A stretch of DNA of 62,684 nt, the filler included, from Choristocarpus tenellus KU-1152 (lineage: Eukaryota > Protista > Phaeophyceae): the NCBI GenBank assembly GCA_964200185.2. It is 13 parts of 13 records of this genome, joined end to end, with 100 filler letters (N's around TTAATTAATTAA, not from the genome) between each part and the next. Parts side by side here need not be neighbours in the genome. Positions count along the whole stretch, not along the records: positions 40,419 to 45,687 come from CAXNAD020011305.1; positions 45,788 to 49,291 come from CAXNAD020019575.1; positions 49,392 to 51,984 come from CAXNAD020026457.1; positions 52,085 to 55,187 come from CAXNAD020022305.1; 9 more parts are not named here. One strand, 5' to 3'. The stretch's first letter is position 1. Every line of letters starts with the position of its first letter. Below are positions 41,667 through 54,900 of the stretch, in pieces. The translations under genes were made by a program, and so were the position numbers. The notes under the pieces are model-generated. The model had not been told where the DNA came from, did not search any database, and saw only the letters and a list, made by a program, of their open reading frames with translations.

Positions 41667-43276
41667 ATGGATAAAATGGATGAAGAGAGTGAAAGAGATC
41701 GGATGTCATCGTCCTCAGGTTCATCATCCTTGAGTTCATCGTCTTTCTATGAATCTACTTTTATGTTGGAGGCGTCATCTAGGATAAACGCAAGTGGGAT
41801 ATTGCTCATCTCCGCTTTGATGGACAAGGAGGATGAGGAGGAAGAACGTCCATTATTTTACAGGTTTCGCATCCCCCTAGACCGACTGTTTATATGGCAA
41901 GCTTGTGGAGAGTTATGCTGGGGAGAGAGGAAGATCTGAGAGACGTTGCTTCGGGGATGGCGCTGAAGTTCAGGAGGCGGTTCCGAGTCCCATTTTTTTC
42001 TTTGAAGATTTAGTAAAGGATGTACCAAGGCAGGGGCTTGGTTGTCGAACTGCAGATGCCACTGGACGCCCTGGCATACCCGTGTGAAGCTGAAGGTGAG
42101 CATACCTGCCAGTAGATTTTGTGTGTGAAAGGGCTACCTCGATAGGGCTCGTGACTTGCCGCCTGCAGGTGTTATCAGTCCTTCAAATCCTCCCCAGGGG
42201 AAACTGCTTTGATGATATCGAGCAACTTTCCGGTATATCTGAGAGCACAGCACAAACCACGTTTCACCACTTCCGTGAGTGTTTTGCACATGATATGTAC
42301 TCGAGTTGGATTTATCTACCAGAGGGCAAAGATTTGGGGGAGGCCATGCGCATGTATGGAGCTGTGGGGCTTCCTGGGACTCCGTCGGGAACTGTTACAC
42401 CGAGAAAGGGGCCTATGTCCTTGTCGATGGGGGCTACCACAAGTTGACAGGAAAAACGTGGCTGTACGGCCATACCTATGTTAGGGTTAGCTCCTGTGAA
42501 AATGAGTGCTCATCAAACCAGCAAGTCAACATTCCTTTGCCCAACCTGATCTTTGCATTTGCAGTGAGCCAAAGTATATTAGAGGGTACAGCCGCGTCCA
42601 TTTGGGGGCCAAAGTCCAATGTTGCAATTTTGATGTAATCTTGGCTATTGTGTGTGTTTAGGAAATGTTAATGTCGATATTCTGGACACACCTTCTAATA
42701 CGATAAACATTTTACATACTCCAAAATATTTTGGAGTAGGAAAATGTCATTAAAAAAAACATGGGAAGCCTAGACCCAAATGGACAAACAGGGCAAAACT
42801 CATACCCTCTAAGATACTTTCACACAGTAGAGGTGCACAATTATGCCCCCTGAGGGCATGTGTCACACAAGCACAAGCAAGGTGGAGCGAACGAGTGGAG
42901 AGTGTATGCAAGGATGTCGAGTGCATTTTTGGCAGAGTCAAGGGCCGCTTCAGAATCCTCAACTTGCCACTACTATATTCAGAAAGGAAGATAGATAACA
43001 TATTCTTCACTTGCTGCATATTGCAAAAATATGCCATATGGCCTTGGAGAGTTGGAGGGCAGCATTGATTGGACAGGGGATACTGGTCTGCATGATGCCT
43101 TCTAAAGTGACCCTTACACTGATTTCACACGGATGGGCATGCCAAGGGACCAGGGGGGAGGGGGGTCTGAAGAGTATGTGGAGAGGGAGATGGAATTTGA
43201 TGAGCTTAGGAATAGGCTCATAGAACACTACAAGTACAAGGAAGAAAACGGAGAGGTTGTATGGATGAGTTCCTGA
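41667..43276 (+). pseudogene. Harbinger-type DDE transposase with introns
   Basis: HTH-like segment FDDIEQLSGISESTA, then YVLVDGGYHK, WSERVESVCKDVECIFGRVKGRFRIL and IDNIFFTCCILQ. Deletions, frameshifts and a MITE insertion. Confidence 0.88.
42566..42825. mobile_element. MITE family A, reverse orientation, inside the Harbinger transposase
   Basis: GAGCCAAAGTATAT...AGATACTTTCACAC, TSD AGT (42563-42565 and 42826-42828). Confidence 0.9.
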
Positions 43277-43968
43277 TGATGGGATCTTGCTTGTCGAACA
43301 GTGCTTTGCATTTTGCGCTATTGACACTTTATGTGATAGTGAATGGTACAATTGGTATTTAACGTTTAATAAGTACATACAAGAAGAGGTAGGAAGACGT
43401 AATAAAGGATAAAGAGTAATTTGTCAGTACAATGTAGAGAATGATTGGGAGTCAACATTCAAAAGGAAGAAATAATTGCCACTGGTTGTTGACAATGTAT
43501 TTAGGTAAAGATTGTCCTCATAGACAAGAGCAGCTCACTTCGTTCTGAGTAGTGGATAATATTATACCCTAACCAACCTTCTAAAGAGCACTGGGATCAC
43601 CATCGTTACTTTGACCTTGCTCAAGGTCATGATACAAGGTCAGGGTTGACAGCTTTGTTTGGTTATGCATCAGAAGCTCAAGATAAGAGGACTTTACACA
43701 AAAATATATTCCATAAAATAAAAAATTACCTCAAATTTAAACAAAGATTTGCCAATGCCGTCCAGTGTGATGATAGTACACCTACGTGCATGGCACTGCT
43801 GTAAAAGACTGCTGAGCACTACACTGACAGCTGTGTTGTCACAACTGATTCCCCAAGTGTATCCCTCCACTACTGCAGCCTGTCCCCAAAGTTCGCAAGT
43901 CAACCCCCCCCTTCGCCACTGCTTGTTTCCAAAGCCCCCAATTCAACCTCCCCTTCGCCACTATCTGG

Positions 43969-44362
43969 TGTTGAAATATTCCGCACTGGACCCGTGGCTT
44001 TGGTGCTTTGATGAAAGACAACGAATAGCTTAATGTAGATATGCAAAGTTAATATTGCAAGGGGCTAGTGGTCTCGATTCCGCTGACTGAATACGTGGGT
44101 GAGACAAGTGCAGACTACCATGTGGGATATGCAACGTCCACATGGATAATCATAAAAGAATCATATCTACTTACCATATGTGCCATATATGATACATCAA
44201 CGGATGATACAATATCAGGTCCCTACCATGCATGAACGTTGTGTAGAGCTCAACTGAAATATACGGAAACATATATCTGGCTCTACCACCAGCGGTGTCT
44301 GCATTTCCTAATCTATTCCACCGATGGTGTCTATAGTGTATCAGCAGCACTATCTGCGAACA
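43969..44362. mobile_element. Solo LTR (394 bp)
   Basis: TGTT...AACA termini with 5-bp TSD TCTGG (43964-43968 and 44363-44367). Absent from the paralogous site at about 53205. Confidence 0.85.
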
Positions 44363-45640
44363 TCTGGCTCCAAATCCCCTGAGCCCTCCTTCACCACGGT
44401 CCCACCACTTCCCAACATCACCCCAGCACCACTGATATTCTCGTCCAGCCTCATTGCCACCTGTTCCTCATACTGTTTCCTACAGAACTCTGACCGAACA
44501 GTATCACCACTCTTCTCAAAAGTCTGCCAAGCTTGCTTTGCGGTCTTGAGCATTTCGTCAAATTTGCGCCTATCTTCCATCCTTGTCTTCCTATCTTCTG
44601 TAGCAGTAGCCTTTTCTTCCATGATTTCTATATGTCTCGTCATGTCTCTAGACGCATCATCCAATGTGGATACGAGGGCACTAATAATGCGGTCGTCCAT
44701 CCTACTTTTTTGGGCACTAATAATGCGGTCGTCCATCCTACTTTTTTTCCTTGACTCAGCTTCCAACTTCAAGTCCTCCTCAGCAACCCTCCGTAACTGC
44801 TGTCGACTCCTCGATCCTGGGTTTGCTGCTAGCCTGAACCTCCTCATTGGCTCCACATCCTCCATTGAAAAGGACTCCACTGACCCCCCATCCTTGCTGA
44901 AGTTACAGGATGTGGACCTTCTTGTGGGGGTCCCCCACTAATACTCATGTGAAAGTCTTGGAGTACATCAATGGACGGGGGTCCATACACTGCAAACAGG
45001 AGAAGATATGGAAGGACCCAACCATCTGGCATTTTTTTTGGAGGGGAGGAATAGGGGAAACCTGGAGCAAAGGTCTCCCTCCTGATCCAGGAGAGGGTAG
45101 ATCGTCACTGGGCCTTTCTGGGATGGCGCTGGTAGGACTGAAAGTGGGACCTCCTGAATCAGACCCCACCACATTAGCCTCAGTCGCCGCTGGAGATTCG
45201 CCTTCGTCCTCCCCCCCTCCAACAAGGTCGATGGTATTCCCAGTAATCATTGATTTCTCCTGTTTCTCCCACAACAAGTCGCACAGCTTCTGCAGGCAGT
45301 CCGTCTCCTGCTCCCCAGATTGCAACTTTCCTCCAGGAACAAGACTGGGAAGCAAGAAAAGTGCTGGATGTGTGTATGTTCAGATAATCGCCATTGAGCG
45401 TTGTGATTATGGATTTCATTTGTGTAACCTACGAAAGTGTGAAATGCAATACAGCACGAGCTCAACCAATATATAATGTAATATTCACGTCAGCCAGAGG
45501 GGGATGTACACGTTGGTGACAATCTTCTGCATCTTAGTCCACCTGGACCATATCGAAGTGCTCGAACTTAGGAATGTCTTCGGAATGGTCTTCTTCCTGG
45601 TTCCCAAGGTTGTCTACTGTTACAGGCGCCCCTCAATGCT
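44363..45640 (-). pseudogene. Harbinger accessory ORF (ORF2), copy 1
   Basis: Convergent with the transposase. Charged coiled-coil-like segment (44363-44880) and an acidic/Pro-rich segment, both conserved in copy 2. In-frame 36-bp tandem duplication at about 44676-44748. Confidence 0.55.
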
Positions 45641-46020
45641 CACCTTCCAGGATGTACAACTCAAATCCAACGACCTCAAAACGACGCNNNNNNNNNNNNN
45701 NNNNNNNNNNNNNNNNNNNNNNNNNNNNNNNTTAATTAATTAANNNNNNNNNNNNNNNNNNNNNNNNNNNNNNNNNNNNNNNNNNNNCCCCCCTCCCAGA
45801 TACTTTCAGTCATTCTCTCCTTTGTTTTTTTATTTCTATAACAATTAGTTGGGCATAAAAGAGATGTTCCCTTGGGGAAAAAGGTTCTCTTGTAGTATAG
45901 TGAAATGCAAGACAAATTAATAGAATGTTGATATCAGGTTCACGTCTGATATTTCTCCCTTTCCTGGGTTCCTCCCTTTCTTCTCACACGCATCATTTGA
46001 CACCTTGTCTCATGGAGTAG

Positions 46021-48904
46021 CTATGGCTAGTCAAATTGGTCCGACACCCACCAATGTACTCAGAAGCACTTGCCAAGATGTTCGTCAATGCTCTTCCCAC
46101 AGCCCTTCTGCTTCATATCGGATTTACTTGCTACATGCTTGGGAACAGTGACATCTTGAACATTGGTTTTGTTAGGTGAGACCCACAATAGTGCCTCTCG
46201 TGTCAATCTTTGTACTTTATCCAGCCTCTACTCTCCCTCTATGCCCACATTTAAAAGTCCTTCCATTTCACCCTCTCTTTGCTACTTACGATAATTATCC
46301 CCTTCTTGTGGTCTTTGAATTCACAAATTATATACAAACAGTGTGAATTGCAAAAGATTAAAGAAGCGGCTTGAAATTCATAACGACCAAAACCTGGGTA
46401 CCTCTCATTTACGTTGTCTCTACACAATTATCACACATGTCCAGAAGTAGTCTGAGACCCCACAAACAATACAACATTTTTAAAGTTGCAATACTTGTCA
46501 TTCGGGCCTTGATCCCACTCACTTCTAATTAACCATTGTCCGCATGTGTCAATACATTTGCAAAAATGTATTGTAATCTTCAGCAATATGGCTGAGAATG
46601 TTGTTAGCGCAATGCAGGGTGATGGTCTGACAGGTCTTGTGGCTGATCGCGTGCTAAGATTGCACGTCTTCCCACTCTTTTTTTTCGGTGTGGTATATGC
46701 TTCTCTTCTTATCACCTACAGCATCATTGGAGACCCACTTCTCCATCTCTTTAAGGTGAATAAATTGATGAAATGTGAAGAGGGAAAAGGATTTTCAAGG
46801 CTCCTTTTTTTCCCTCCAATTTCAGAATACCTGGTAGTGCATATTTCACTTGTATGAGTATGCACATTCAAGTGCATCTGGTGAATAACATGGGTGTGTC
46901 AGCACCATGCAACCAGGGAATAACCATTCCCGGAAAACTCCCAGCACCGATGTCTGATGATGTCCTATATACTTTATTTTATAACTTCTTGCTGAATTAT
47001 GCATACATCCGGGCTCATAGTGCCTCAAGATCTCACAAGGCTTATGCAACGAGTGTAGTTAATGTGTTTTGTCATGATTGCTCAAATATTAAAGTCAGAG
47101 GCACGGCAATTTTAAGATATTACAATCATGCACAGGACAGCGGGGTAATGTGGTTGCATTGCCAGTGGAGCAGTTCATGGTGCACTATTATATGTTTGTT
47201 TTATCTTGTGAGTCAAGCGCTTGTTTATCACCAGTAACAAACGAGGGGAATGACAATAATAGTGGTTCCATCTACTTCTAGGGTCGTGTAATTCTGCCAT
47301 ATTTTGGCGAAGGTGATATGATGTGCTCCCATTCATCCTCATTCCTGCCCAGTTGAATGTGCCATCGCCAACCTCTACCTCTTTCCCTGTAATCTGAATA
47401 ATATGATGGAGAAGATAATAATTTGGTTCATTATGGGGATCTTCAAATGTTGTGACTGCCGAAAAAGAAAAAATGGGTTCTCCATTCCTGATGAGTCAAT
47501 ACATGTTCCTTCAGGTGAGGTTTCCTAGGTCTTTCCTCTGCCATCTACGTAGACATCCTCGTCCTAGACCATCCCCAAGTTCTTGAATACGAAGTGAATT
47601 GACCCAAAGCATTTGAGAGGGTAGGGCCTCGTCCATTCAGGATCATATATCCAATGTTGCAATTTTGAGGGATTTTGGCTATCATGCTTGTTAGCAAGTG
47701 TCAATGTCCTTGCTCCAGGCACACCTTTCATAGTTGTATACATTATTTTAGGTAACTGCGTTGACACAGAAACCGAAAAGGTGCGTTGACACCTCTGGGA
47801 AGTCAAGTCTTGAACAGACAAACAGGGCAAAACTCCTACCCTCTTAAAAGTTTTGACTATTTTCTGACTTGAAGTACAAGCTCAACTCGACAAGAGATTC
47901 TCTTTCTGCTACTCATATTCTCAAGAAAAATGTGTAAGAAAGGATCCAAACTAGCACAACATTCCACGTCAACAATGCCATATCAAGAACGTTGAAAAAG
48001 ATGTGGATTCTGCCGAACTGCATACTGCGATTAAGACTGAAAAATGAGATGCTGCAGGACACCAACGGCCTCAACATATTGCAACTGGTTATCTCCAACA
48101 TATGTTACTCAGACAAAGACAAAAGCACATGCTTGGCCTCTGAAAATGTTGAAATTTTCAAATGAATGATGCCCTTCAATACATTCAAGAGTAGACAAAA
48201 TAGCTTCACACAAATAATTGTAAAAGTGTGTACCTTACAGCGAGACTAGCTTGTCACCAGACAGTGACATCCAGCAGGGCTTTTCCTTGGCATCCTCAGT
48301 GTTGCAATCCAGTCCCTTGACCTTGAACATATATCATGGTCCTATCAACACAGTGTCAGACTGACATATTTTGCTCCAGAAGAATCTACCTGAGCTCTCA
48401 AACAGTTTATTCTGTGACTTGCCCACCTGGGACAGGGTACACTGCTGAATTTGTACGAGTTATGGATGAGGGTGAGGTATTGACCTCAGATGAGATCAAA
48501 ATGGGCTGGACTCTCTTTGACAACTTCAAGGTCAGAATCTACACACTCAACCCACCATACCTTGGTTCAATTACTGGCTTGCACAGTACATGGTACTTAA
48601 TGGATTGCTGCTACCTTACAATCCTGATTGCGGCTCTCTAGTGAAATATTGAATCCTCAACCCCAAAGTCAAGATGTCCAACATGATACTGGGCGTGATC
48701 GTCCTGTCCACTATGTCCAACCTCCACTTTCCCCTAGCTGCATTGCCACCTGAGAGTTGCCCACATGAAAATACCTATCAGATTGCAAAATGGCTCTTCA
48801 CAAACTCAGAAGCTGGACCTGGAGGGGTTGTCCACAAAGAGGGGACACCTCGCCTGACATGGCAGGTCATTGCCGAGACTGGACCATACAACTATGATTT
48901 CCAG
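46021..48904 (+). CDS. Multi-pass membrane protein, TMC/OSCA-like C-terminal exons (partial)
   Basis: Phase-consistent exons 46021-46175 (RHPPMYSEALA..LPTALLLHIGFTCYMLG), 46584-46755 (RLHVFPLFFFG..), 47415-47514, 48436-48530 and 48782-about 48904 (RLTWQVIAETGPYNY). The exon chain is solid; the family call is tentative. Confidence 0.6.
47601..47858. mobile_element. Diverged MITE family A copy (intronic, reverse)
   Basis: GACCCAAAGCATTTGAGAGGGTAG...CTACCCTCTTAAAAGTTTTGACT, flanked by ATT and ATT. Confidence 0.7.
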
Positions 48905-49699
48905 GTCAATGAGGAATGTGGTACTGCAGCAAGGTAGGGGAGAGGTCCAGAAGATTGCGCAATTGATTCCTTTAGAGGATCATGATGAGCGGAAGGGTAC
49001 ATCTACATTCAGTATATATTTTTGGGGCATAACAAAAAGGATGAACACCACGACACTCCATATTCAATTGTTTACTGCAAGTGCATGCGATAATTTATGT
49101 TTGAAACAATATGAATACCTATAACGTTTTTAGTCCTGACATATGTTAAAACATAGGCTACTCATTTGTTTCTTGTTGATATGATACACATTTACCAGCT
49201 TGTACTGACTGTTGATTGGTGCACTGCACTGGTTGTTAGTGTTCATTTATTTATTGCGGATTCCAACTCATCATCACATCGATGCCAGTAGNNNNNNNNN
49301 NNNNNNNNNNNNNNNNNNNNNNNNNNNNNNNNNNNTTAATTAATTAANNNNNNNNNNNNNNNNNNNNNNNNNNNNNNNNNNNNNNNNNNNNCTGTTGTGG
49401 AAGAAAAGACGTTGTTCTTGCCAATCAAGGATTGCACCGAATGCCTGCACAACACTATTATCAAGCAGAATTTTATAGGGACCATGTCGAATAACCTAGT
49501 GTTATCCTTACGTTGTTTGTGCTGACACAAGTATACAACATAGATTATACGTACGTTTATATTTGGTTAGGTATGATACAGAATACGTACGTATATAAAA
49601 TATAATAAATCAACATTAATCCACACGTCAGTTATGATGGATGGTTGACAGGCAATTAATAATTCAGTTTGTGCTTTACCATGTAATTCAACTGCTAGC

Positions 49700-51960
49700 T
49701 TCCGGCGACGAGTCTCATGTGCGCCAAGCTTCTCAACAGACCAAGTTGGGGAATCACTAAAGCTTCAACTGGCAATGTGGTGTCACCAAGTGTAAGTGCA
49801 AAACGAATAAATCCACGAATATGCAAAGGTGTGAACCGTTTGCTATACGTAGATTTATTGCACCAGGTGGGGCAGGATGCACATCAAAACGTTTCAGTTG
49901 AGGGTGATTGCGAACAAATATTTCAGAAATACATGGTACATCACTGGCTGTGTCAATTGTCAAGTCATTTTCCTCTTGTTCTTCAACGGTGCCAGATACA
50001 CAAACTCTTTGTGATGAAAACAACAAATGTTTGGGCATAGATGTGTATCTGCACAAAGAACTGTTGAACCAAGTTTCATTATTATTACACGAGTTTGGTT
50101 GAAGTAATGGCAAAGAAAAATGCTTAGTGACACGCGTGCAGGCAATAAACGATGCCTGCGGAGCAAGAGATACGACTTGCGTCAACCTCTGACGCTTGCC
50201 ACTCCCTACGATGGTGTCAACAACGACACCATGGATGTTCCCAAGTGGACAGGAGTCAAATCCATCTGGGCATCCCTAGGGACGCGGACCATAATGGCCA
50301 GGTGTTGACTCACTGTCCTCACGAACATGAACACGACTTCCACGATTCCTGCCTCTCTACGACATAAAGTATGGCAAACGAGCACCCCGTGGATTGTCCA
50401 GGCACGACTGGGTTTGTGTGACCCTCACGAGTCGCTGCCTGGCAACCCGGGTGTTGGCACACACTATTTTGCTGATCCATGGTGTACGTTGAGTTGGTCT
50501 GTCAGTGTGCCCGGCTGTGGGAGGTGGACCCGTCGATGACCGAGCTGGGGCCCTGTTGAGGGTTGCCTCCCCTGCTCGGTGACGTTCCACCTCTGTACGT
50601 ATCCGTTGGCACTCTCGTTGTGATTGCTTGAGTTCGCTACGGGGAACCTGTCCGCGACGAGAATTGTGAGTCACAGCACTCGTGTAAGTCATGGGGTTGG
50701 GGTTATGGCCAGACAAATAATTAGCTTCATGCCGTTTGGCACGGTCACGAGCTTGCGCAAACGAGGTGGCGGGTTCGTCCTGAATCTGTTCAAGACGAAT
50801 CGCAGGGAGTAAACCATCTTCCATCAGCGTAATCTTTAGTTGCTCGACAAGCAGAGCTTTCTTGTCAACTGTATCTGAAGATGACGTTGTGCGATGAACA
50901 TCATCCAAAAAACGATTCATTGCTGCGGTGCAACGTAAAGTATACTGATCAACAGATTCATTCTTCCCCTGTTTCAGAGACGTTAGTCGACAAGCTGATA
51001 CACTTACAGCATGAGCGGGAGTGAACGCAGTGATAAGGACTTTCTGGACATCCTCCCAAGTCTTTGGTAGTATAATGGGGATGGGAATGTCAAGAGACGA
51101 TTGTAAACGAGCCAGATCACTGGTTTAACGTCACTCTACTGTGCCTGCCAACACGTGAAAGTAAAAGGTTTCAGCTGGTCCTTGAAGAATTTTCGGTAAA
51201 AATTCTACACATCGAGCATTGATTGTCTCAGAGGATGCGGAACCATACTACCTAACCCTAACCCTAAACCCTAACTCAGAGTGCAAGGAAATCGCCACAT
51301 GCCATTTGGAAAACGAGAGGGGTAAATTTTCATCTCCCAAACCTGTAATGACAAGACCAGATAGTATTTCCGAAGCGGAAAACCTGAAACGACTCGCTTT
51401 TGATATTGATGACGGACATGTGGCGTCACTACTCTGTGGAAGGGGTCTTACTTGATCGGAGCCCATTCCCTGAGCTTGCAGCTTCATCAAATCCTGAAGC
51501 CATCCAGGAGGCACCGTATTCGTTCTGCGCACTCATTAACGTGGTGCGCGATGAACGATGGCACAGCATCTCCGAGCTGTGCCTGTAACATGGTCACCTC
51601 ACAAGTGGTCGAACTTGGTGGTGGAACTGGTTCTCCATGGAATAGGACCTGACGAGTGTCAAGGTCGCCCGAGCTAACACGATGCTCTAGGGTCGACGAC
51701 ACGGGTCTGACATTTGCCTGCCTATCTGTAAGGGGGGAAGGGGGGGATCAACGGCGCCGTTCACCAAGTGTGGTGGCACTGGATGACATGGAGTGAATAC
51801 TCGACACGTCAGAGTCGACGTGAGTGGAAGACTCCGTGTCTTCCATTGATTCGTGGTCTTGCGCCTCTTCTTGTGCTCTTGGTGGTGTCAGGTCTGGGGT
51901 TCTCCGCTCTTGGGCTCTCCGTCTTCGTCTCGATCTAGAGTTCAGCATCTTTCCTCCGCC
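49700..51960 (-). mobile_element. Ty3/gypsy-type LTR retrotransposon gag-protease remnant
   Basis: Gag motif TWEDVQKVLITAF..LTSLKQGKNESVDQY (about 50940-51065) running into ORF 50357-50920. Retropepsin motif LTIDTASDVPCIS..LRIANGS (about 49830-49960). Stops and frameshifts. Confidence 0.8.
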
Positions 51961-52159
51961 GTCAACCAGAAATGCCCCGTCACCNNNNNNNNNNNNNNNN
52001 NNNNNNNNNNNNNNNNNNNNNNNNNNNNTTAATTAATTAANNNNNNNNNNNNNNNNNNNNNNNNNNNNNNNNNNNNNNNNNNNNTATTCGCGTGTAACAA
52101 CCGTTTGCACTTCGTTGAAATACAAGAAGAAATACTCGCTCTATTCGCCTGTAACATTT

Positions 52160-54900
52160 CTGGTAGAGTTAAGGGTCACTTCAGAATCCTCAAGCTTCCA
52201 CTACTATATTCGCACAGGAAGAAAATAGATAACACATTCTTCACTTGCTGCATATTGCAAAATATGCTTCATTCATATGATGACCTTGGAGAGTTGGAGG
52301 GCAACACTAATTGGACAGGGGATGTTGGTCTGCACGATGCCTTCTACATTGACCCTTGCGATGATTTCACACGGATGGGCATGCCAAGGGATCAGGGGGC
52401 AGGGGACTCTGAAGAGTATGTGGAGAGGGAGATGGGATTTGATGGGCTTAGGAATAGGCTCATAGCACACTACAAGTACAAGGAAGAAAACGGAGAGGTT
52501 TGGATGAGGTCCTGATGATGGGATCTTCCTTGTCAAACAGTGCTTTGCCTTTTTCGCTATTCACACTTTATTTGATAGTGAACGGTACAATTGGTATTTT
52601 ACTTTTGTAAGAAGTATGTGCAAGAAGAGGTAGGAAGACGTAATATAGGACAAAGAGTCATTTGTCAGTACAATATAGAGAGTGATTGAGAGTCAACCGT
52701 CAAAAGGAAGAATTAATTGCCACTGGTTGTTGACAATGAATTTAGGTAAAGATTGTCCTCATGGACAAGAACAGCTCACTTTGTTCTGAGTAGTGGATAA
52801 TATTCTAACCTAACCAACCTTCTGAAGAGTGCTGGGATTACCATCATTACTTTAACTCGCTTGAGGTTATGATACAAGGTTAGGGTTAACAGCTTTGGTT
52901 ATGCATCAGAAGCTCAAGATAAGAGGACTTTACACACAAAAATAATAACTCCATAAAATAACAAACTACCTCAAATTTAAACAAAGATTTGCCAATGCCG
53001 TTCAGTGTGATGATGGTACATCTACACGCATGGCACCGCTACAAAAGACTACTGAGCACTACACTGACAACTGTGTTGTCACAACTGATTCCCCAAGTCT
53101 ATCCCCCTACTACTGCTGCCTGTCCTCAAAGTCCGCAAGTCCAACCTCCCTTTTGCCACTGCTTGTCCCCAAAGTCCCTAAGTCAACCTCCTCCTCTTCG
53201 CCACTATATGGCTCCAAATCCCCTGAGCCCCCCTTCACCACTGTCCCACAAATTCCCAACATCACCCTAGCACCACCGATATTTTTGTCCAGCATCACTG
53301 CCACCAGTTTCTCATACCGTTTCCTACAGAACTCGGCCCGAACAGTATCACCGATCTTCTCAAAAGTCCACCAACTTGCTTAGCAGTTCTGAGCATTCCA
53401 TCAAATTTGTGCCTATCTTCCTTGGCAGTAGCCTTTTCTTCCATCCCTTTCTTCCTATCTTCTGTAGCAATAGCTTTTTCTGCCATGATGCCTGCGTGTG
53501 TCTCCTCATGTCTCTTGCCGCATCATCCAATGTGGATACGAGGGCGCTAATAATGTGGTTCATCCATCCTACTTTTTTCCTTGACTTTGCGTCCAACTTC
53601 AAGTCCTCCTCAGCAGCCCTCCGTAACTGCTGTCGGCTCCTCGACCCTGGGTTTGCTGCTAGCCTGAACCTCCCCATTGCCTCCACACCCTCCATTGAAG
53701 AGGACTCCACTGATCCCCCCATCCTTTCTGAAGTCACAGGATGTGGACCCTTCTTATGGGGGTCCCTCACTCATACTTATGTCAAAGTCTTAATGTACAT
53801 AATTGGACGGGGGTCCATACACTGCCGAACAGGAGAAGATATGGAGGGACCCAACCATCTGGCATTTTTATTGGGGGGGGGGGAATAGGGGAAATCTGGG
53901 GCAGAGGTCTCCTCCCTGATCTAGGAGAGGGTAGTTCGTCGCTGGGCCTTTCTGGGGTGGCGCTGGCAGGACTGGAAGTGGGACCTCTTGAATCAGTAGC
54001 CTCAGTTGCCGCTGGAGATTCGCCTTCGTTCTCCCCTCCTCCAGCAAAGGTCGATGGTACTCCAAGTAATCCTCGATTTCTCCTGTTCCTCCCACAACAG
54101 GTTGCACAGCTTCTGCAGGCAGTCCGTCTCCTGCTACCCAGACCGCAGCTTTCCTCTGGGAATGAGACTGGGAAGCAAGAAAAGTGTTGGATGTGTGTAT
54201 GTTAGACCCAAAGTATCTGGGGGGGAGGAGGGGGTCTACACTAGAGTGTCCATTTGGTCCAAAACCAGGAAAGTGCACTACATTATCCATCCGACATATG
54301 CTACCAAATCACACAAAAATCATTACATGAAAAAATTGACCCCAAATGGACAGCTGCCACCACCCCCTGATACTTTGAGCCTTAAGATACTCGCCATTGG
54401 GCGTTGTGATTATGGATTTCAGGTGTGTAACCTACAAAAGTGAAATGCAATATAGCAGGAGCTCAGGCAACATCTAATGTCATACTCACGCCAGCCAGAG
54501 CGGGATGTACACGTTATTGACAATCTTCTGCGCCTTAGTCCACCTGGACCATATCAAAGTGTTCGCACTTAGGAATGTCTTTGGAATGGTCTCTCCCGGT
54601 TCCCAACATTGTCTGCTCTAACACTTTGTCAGAATCGGGGGGGTCAATTCTGGGGCTTCCTCTCCTAACCACTTCAAGAATCCAGGGACCGCCACTTCCA
54701 TGTATGTTTGCGTTGCCAAGGCATGTCTCGAATTCCGTGAAACTGTGCTTCCGCATTCCCTCACGGGCCTCGCCACATAGGCGATGGGAACCACTTGGTA
54801 CGACTTCAAATGAGCAGTCGTCATCCTTGAACCGTACGTGTTTTCTTCAGTCTATTCAATACCCATGACGCCGCAGCATTCAGCTCGAAGCCTATGGCCG
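52160..54900 (+). mobile_element. PIF/Harbinger DNA transposon, copy 2 (partial)
   Basis: Transposase C-terminus GRVKGHFRILKLPLLY..IDNTFFTCCILQNMLH (to 52515), then a spacer and the convergent ORF2 (about 53030-54900). Paralogous to copy 1. Confidence 0.88.
54205..54381. mobile_element. MITE family B (177 bp) inserted in Harbinger copy 2
   Basis: GACCCAAAGTATCTGGGG...GATACTTTGAGCC, TSD TTA (54202-54204 and 54382-54384). The empty site is visible at about 45380. Confidence 0.92.

Larger units (their letters stand above)
41383..45687 (+). mobile_element. PIF/Harbinger DNA transposon, copy 1 (decayed, right end missing)
   Basis: Candidate left end TTA|GGCCATCTCC at 41380-41392. Transposase on plus, second ORF on minus. 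42930-45620 aligns with 52160-54620. Confidence 0.85.
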
